Origin: Cenococcum geophilum
Lineage: Eukaryota
Direction of reading: 5' to 3'
Length of the DNA stretch: 64,000 nucleotides
Assembly (NCBI GenBank): GCA_050273025.1
Contig: CP158636.1
Location: forward strand, 10,726,001-10,790,000
The notes beneath the pieces are model-generated. The model saw only the letters and a list, made by a program, of their open reading frames with translations. It had not been told where the DNA came from and did no database searches. Shown here piece after piece: positions 62,501 through 64,000 of the stretch. Position numbers and translations under genes: made by a program. Numbering within the stretch: position 1 is the first letter of the stretch; every line of letters begins with the position of its first letter.

Positions 62501-62996
62501 GCTGGTGGCGTCAGGCTCGAACGACAAGACGGTCAGGCTCTGGGACGCTGACACGGGAGCGGCGCTGCAGACGCTCGAGGGCCATTCGAATTGGGTCACG
62601 TCAGTAGCCTTCTCGCCGGACGGCAAGCTGGTGGCGTCAGGCTCGAACGACGAGACGGTCAGGCTCTGGGACGCCGTCACGGGAGCGGCGCTGCAGACGC
62701 TTAAGATTGGTGTAGTTATTAACAACCTTTTATTCTCTGCTTTGGGTCAATACCTTAAAACGGATAGGGGGGTAATAGATATAACCTCTCTTAAGGTATC
62801 GCTAAATTCTTTAGAGCAGTTACGTACTCTATTTATATTAAATAATTGGGTAAAGGAGGAGGGGCGGAATATTCTTTGGCTTCCTCCTAACTATCGAGCG
62901 ACTTGTGTAGCTGTTTGGAATGCAACAGTTGTATTAGGACACTCATCAGGGGGCATATCATTTCTCCAATTTGAAGAAGGGTTAAAGCTTATATAG
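59589..62996 (+). CDS. Fungal NLR (HET-E/NWD-like): helical N-terminal STAND domain, NACHT, WD40; exons 59589-60004, 60056-61799, 61848-62996; 1102 aa
   Basis: MEVLAAVGLAGNIVQFIDF N-terminus, Walker A GLAGTGKST, Walker B LVVDALDEC, IFMTSRPE, GLFIWAAT, HPSFRDFL, APLQIYCSAL; both introns restore frame. Confidence 0.93.
62055..62702 (+). repeat. Five near-identical 126-bp WD40-coding tandem repeats plus a partial unit
   Basis: Unit ALQTLEGHSxxVxSVAFSPDGKLVASGSxDxTVRLWDAxTx. Confidence 0.95.
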
Positions 62997-64000
62997 ACGT
63001 CTTATTCGCCACTCCGATTCTAGTGCCTTCTACGAGGGTCACACGCTTGTTACCGGAGGTAGGGAATACAAATTCCCCCCTCAGGCAGGAAATGTGCTAG
63101 CGAGCAGAGGCGTTAGGCCGGCGCTACTTGACCTGTTAGGTCGCCCTGCCAAGCGAGGACATCCGATATCAACTCTATGCCTAGTATCGTGACGTGGGCA
63201 ATATTCTTAGTAGCTCAACCTACGCGCTTCAAGTGGCGGAATTTGTTAGTGCCAAAACTTGGATCGAGCGGTACTACTGCAGCTTTGGCTCTGCTAGAGG
63301 GTGCCGACCCGCTCTGGCCACATCTATAAGGCACGAGGTAGACAGGGAGTCTAGTTGATGGAGCGATAGGGTATATTGATGGGTTGCGAAGAACCAAGAG
63401 ATGAATCCTTAAGGAAAAGGGGCGTCTCGGTGCGAGGCGTGGAGTGAATTTAGGCTCAAATGGTGGCGATCTTTCTCTCCTAGTGGTATGTTGCAGCTGA
63501 CGCGCAGCAGCGATTAGCCGTATCGGCTCTCTTACCTGCGGTGAAATAGGTACTTATACCGCACTGCTTCGAATATCCCTACCCGGCCTACTTGGCCCGA
63601 TTACCTTCCATCGTGGTACATGTGATCAGCTATCCCATGCGCTGTTGAGGCGTCCAGTAGATGTGGCCCGTGCACGAACACCAAAACATTAGCAAACGCC
63701 CCGAGTGAAGAATCAATGCAATATACCGCTCTGCAAAGAAGGACCTTGCTGGCAGGAATACCTTGCCTTGATCCGATTATAATTGAGACGATAATATAGC
63801 AAATTTGAGATTTATTATAATGATTTGGAGCCTCATTGATTGATCAAAACTACGACCTTATTTTGCCAAGACCCTTTGATTTGAAGCCTTTGGTTGGCTC
63901 GTCTATCTGGACGCCTTTATCAACAGCGCATGGGATACACACATAACACACGGCGCATTGGACCCACTTGGATTTTCGCCGTCCAAACCATCATTATAGC

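Noticed and set aside
62055..62702. CRISPR-like array
   Set aside because: Contiguous in-frame coding repeats with no unique spacers, in a eukaryotic context
61844..62725. 293-aa minus-strand and 201-aa alternate-frame repetitive ORFs
   Set aside because: Shadow frames of the GC-rich WD40 repeats
1..64000. Starship giant transposon
   Set aside because: Gene content looks accessory, but no tyrosine-recombinase captain or boundary motif was recognised in the window
63000..64000. Possible minus-strand gene end
   Set aside because: Only a 60-aa ORF with no recognisable motif; cannot be supported

Overview
Eukaryotic DNA from a filamentous ascomycete. This is inferred from short spliceosomal introns with CTRAC branch sites, a fungal NACHT-WD40 NLR, and heavy RIP-type C>T/G>A damage in repeats. 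The left end (1-6.4 kb) is a compact gene group: a coiled-coil protein, a tandem di-ubiquitin-like protein with a C-terminal GG plus short tail, a divergently transcribed RBR E3 ligase, and an F-box-like protein. This is the best candidate for an undescribed system. A RIP-mutated piggyBac with non-TTAA flanks follows. Next is an HD-domain gene whose last 18 codons have been displaced 28.8 kb by a fully resolvable nest of transposons: a Pogo-type MITE holding a Harbinger MITE and Gypsy A; A holds Gypsy B, a solo LTR and Gypsy C; C holds Copia D and a non-autonomous LTR element E. A second Copia (F, GalEa-like) shares a near-identical 51-bp palindromic module and two more motifs with Gypsy B. 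The right part has multi-exon hypothetical genes, a chimeric pseudogene, a Pogo/Fot1 element and an intact NACHT-WD40 NLR with five highly conserved repeats. All alignments and translations were done by eye; no database searches were run.
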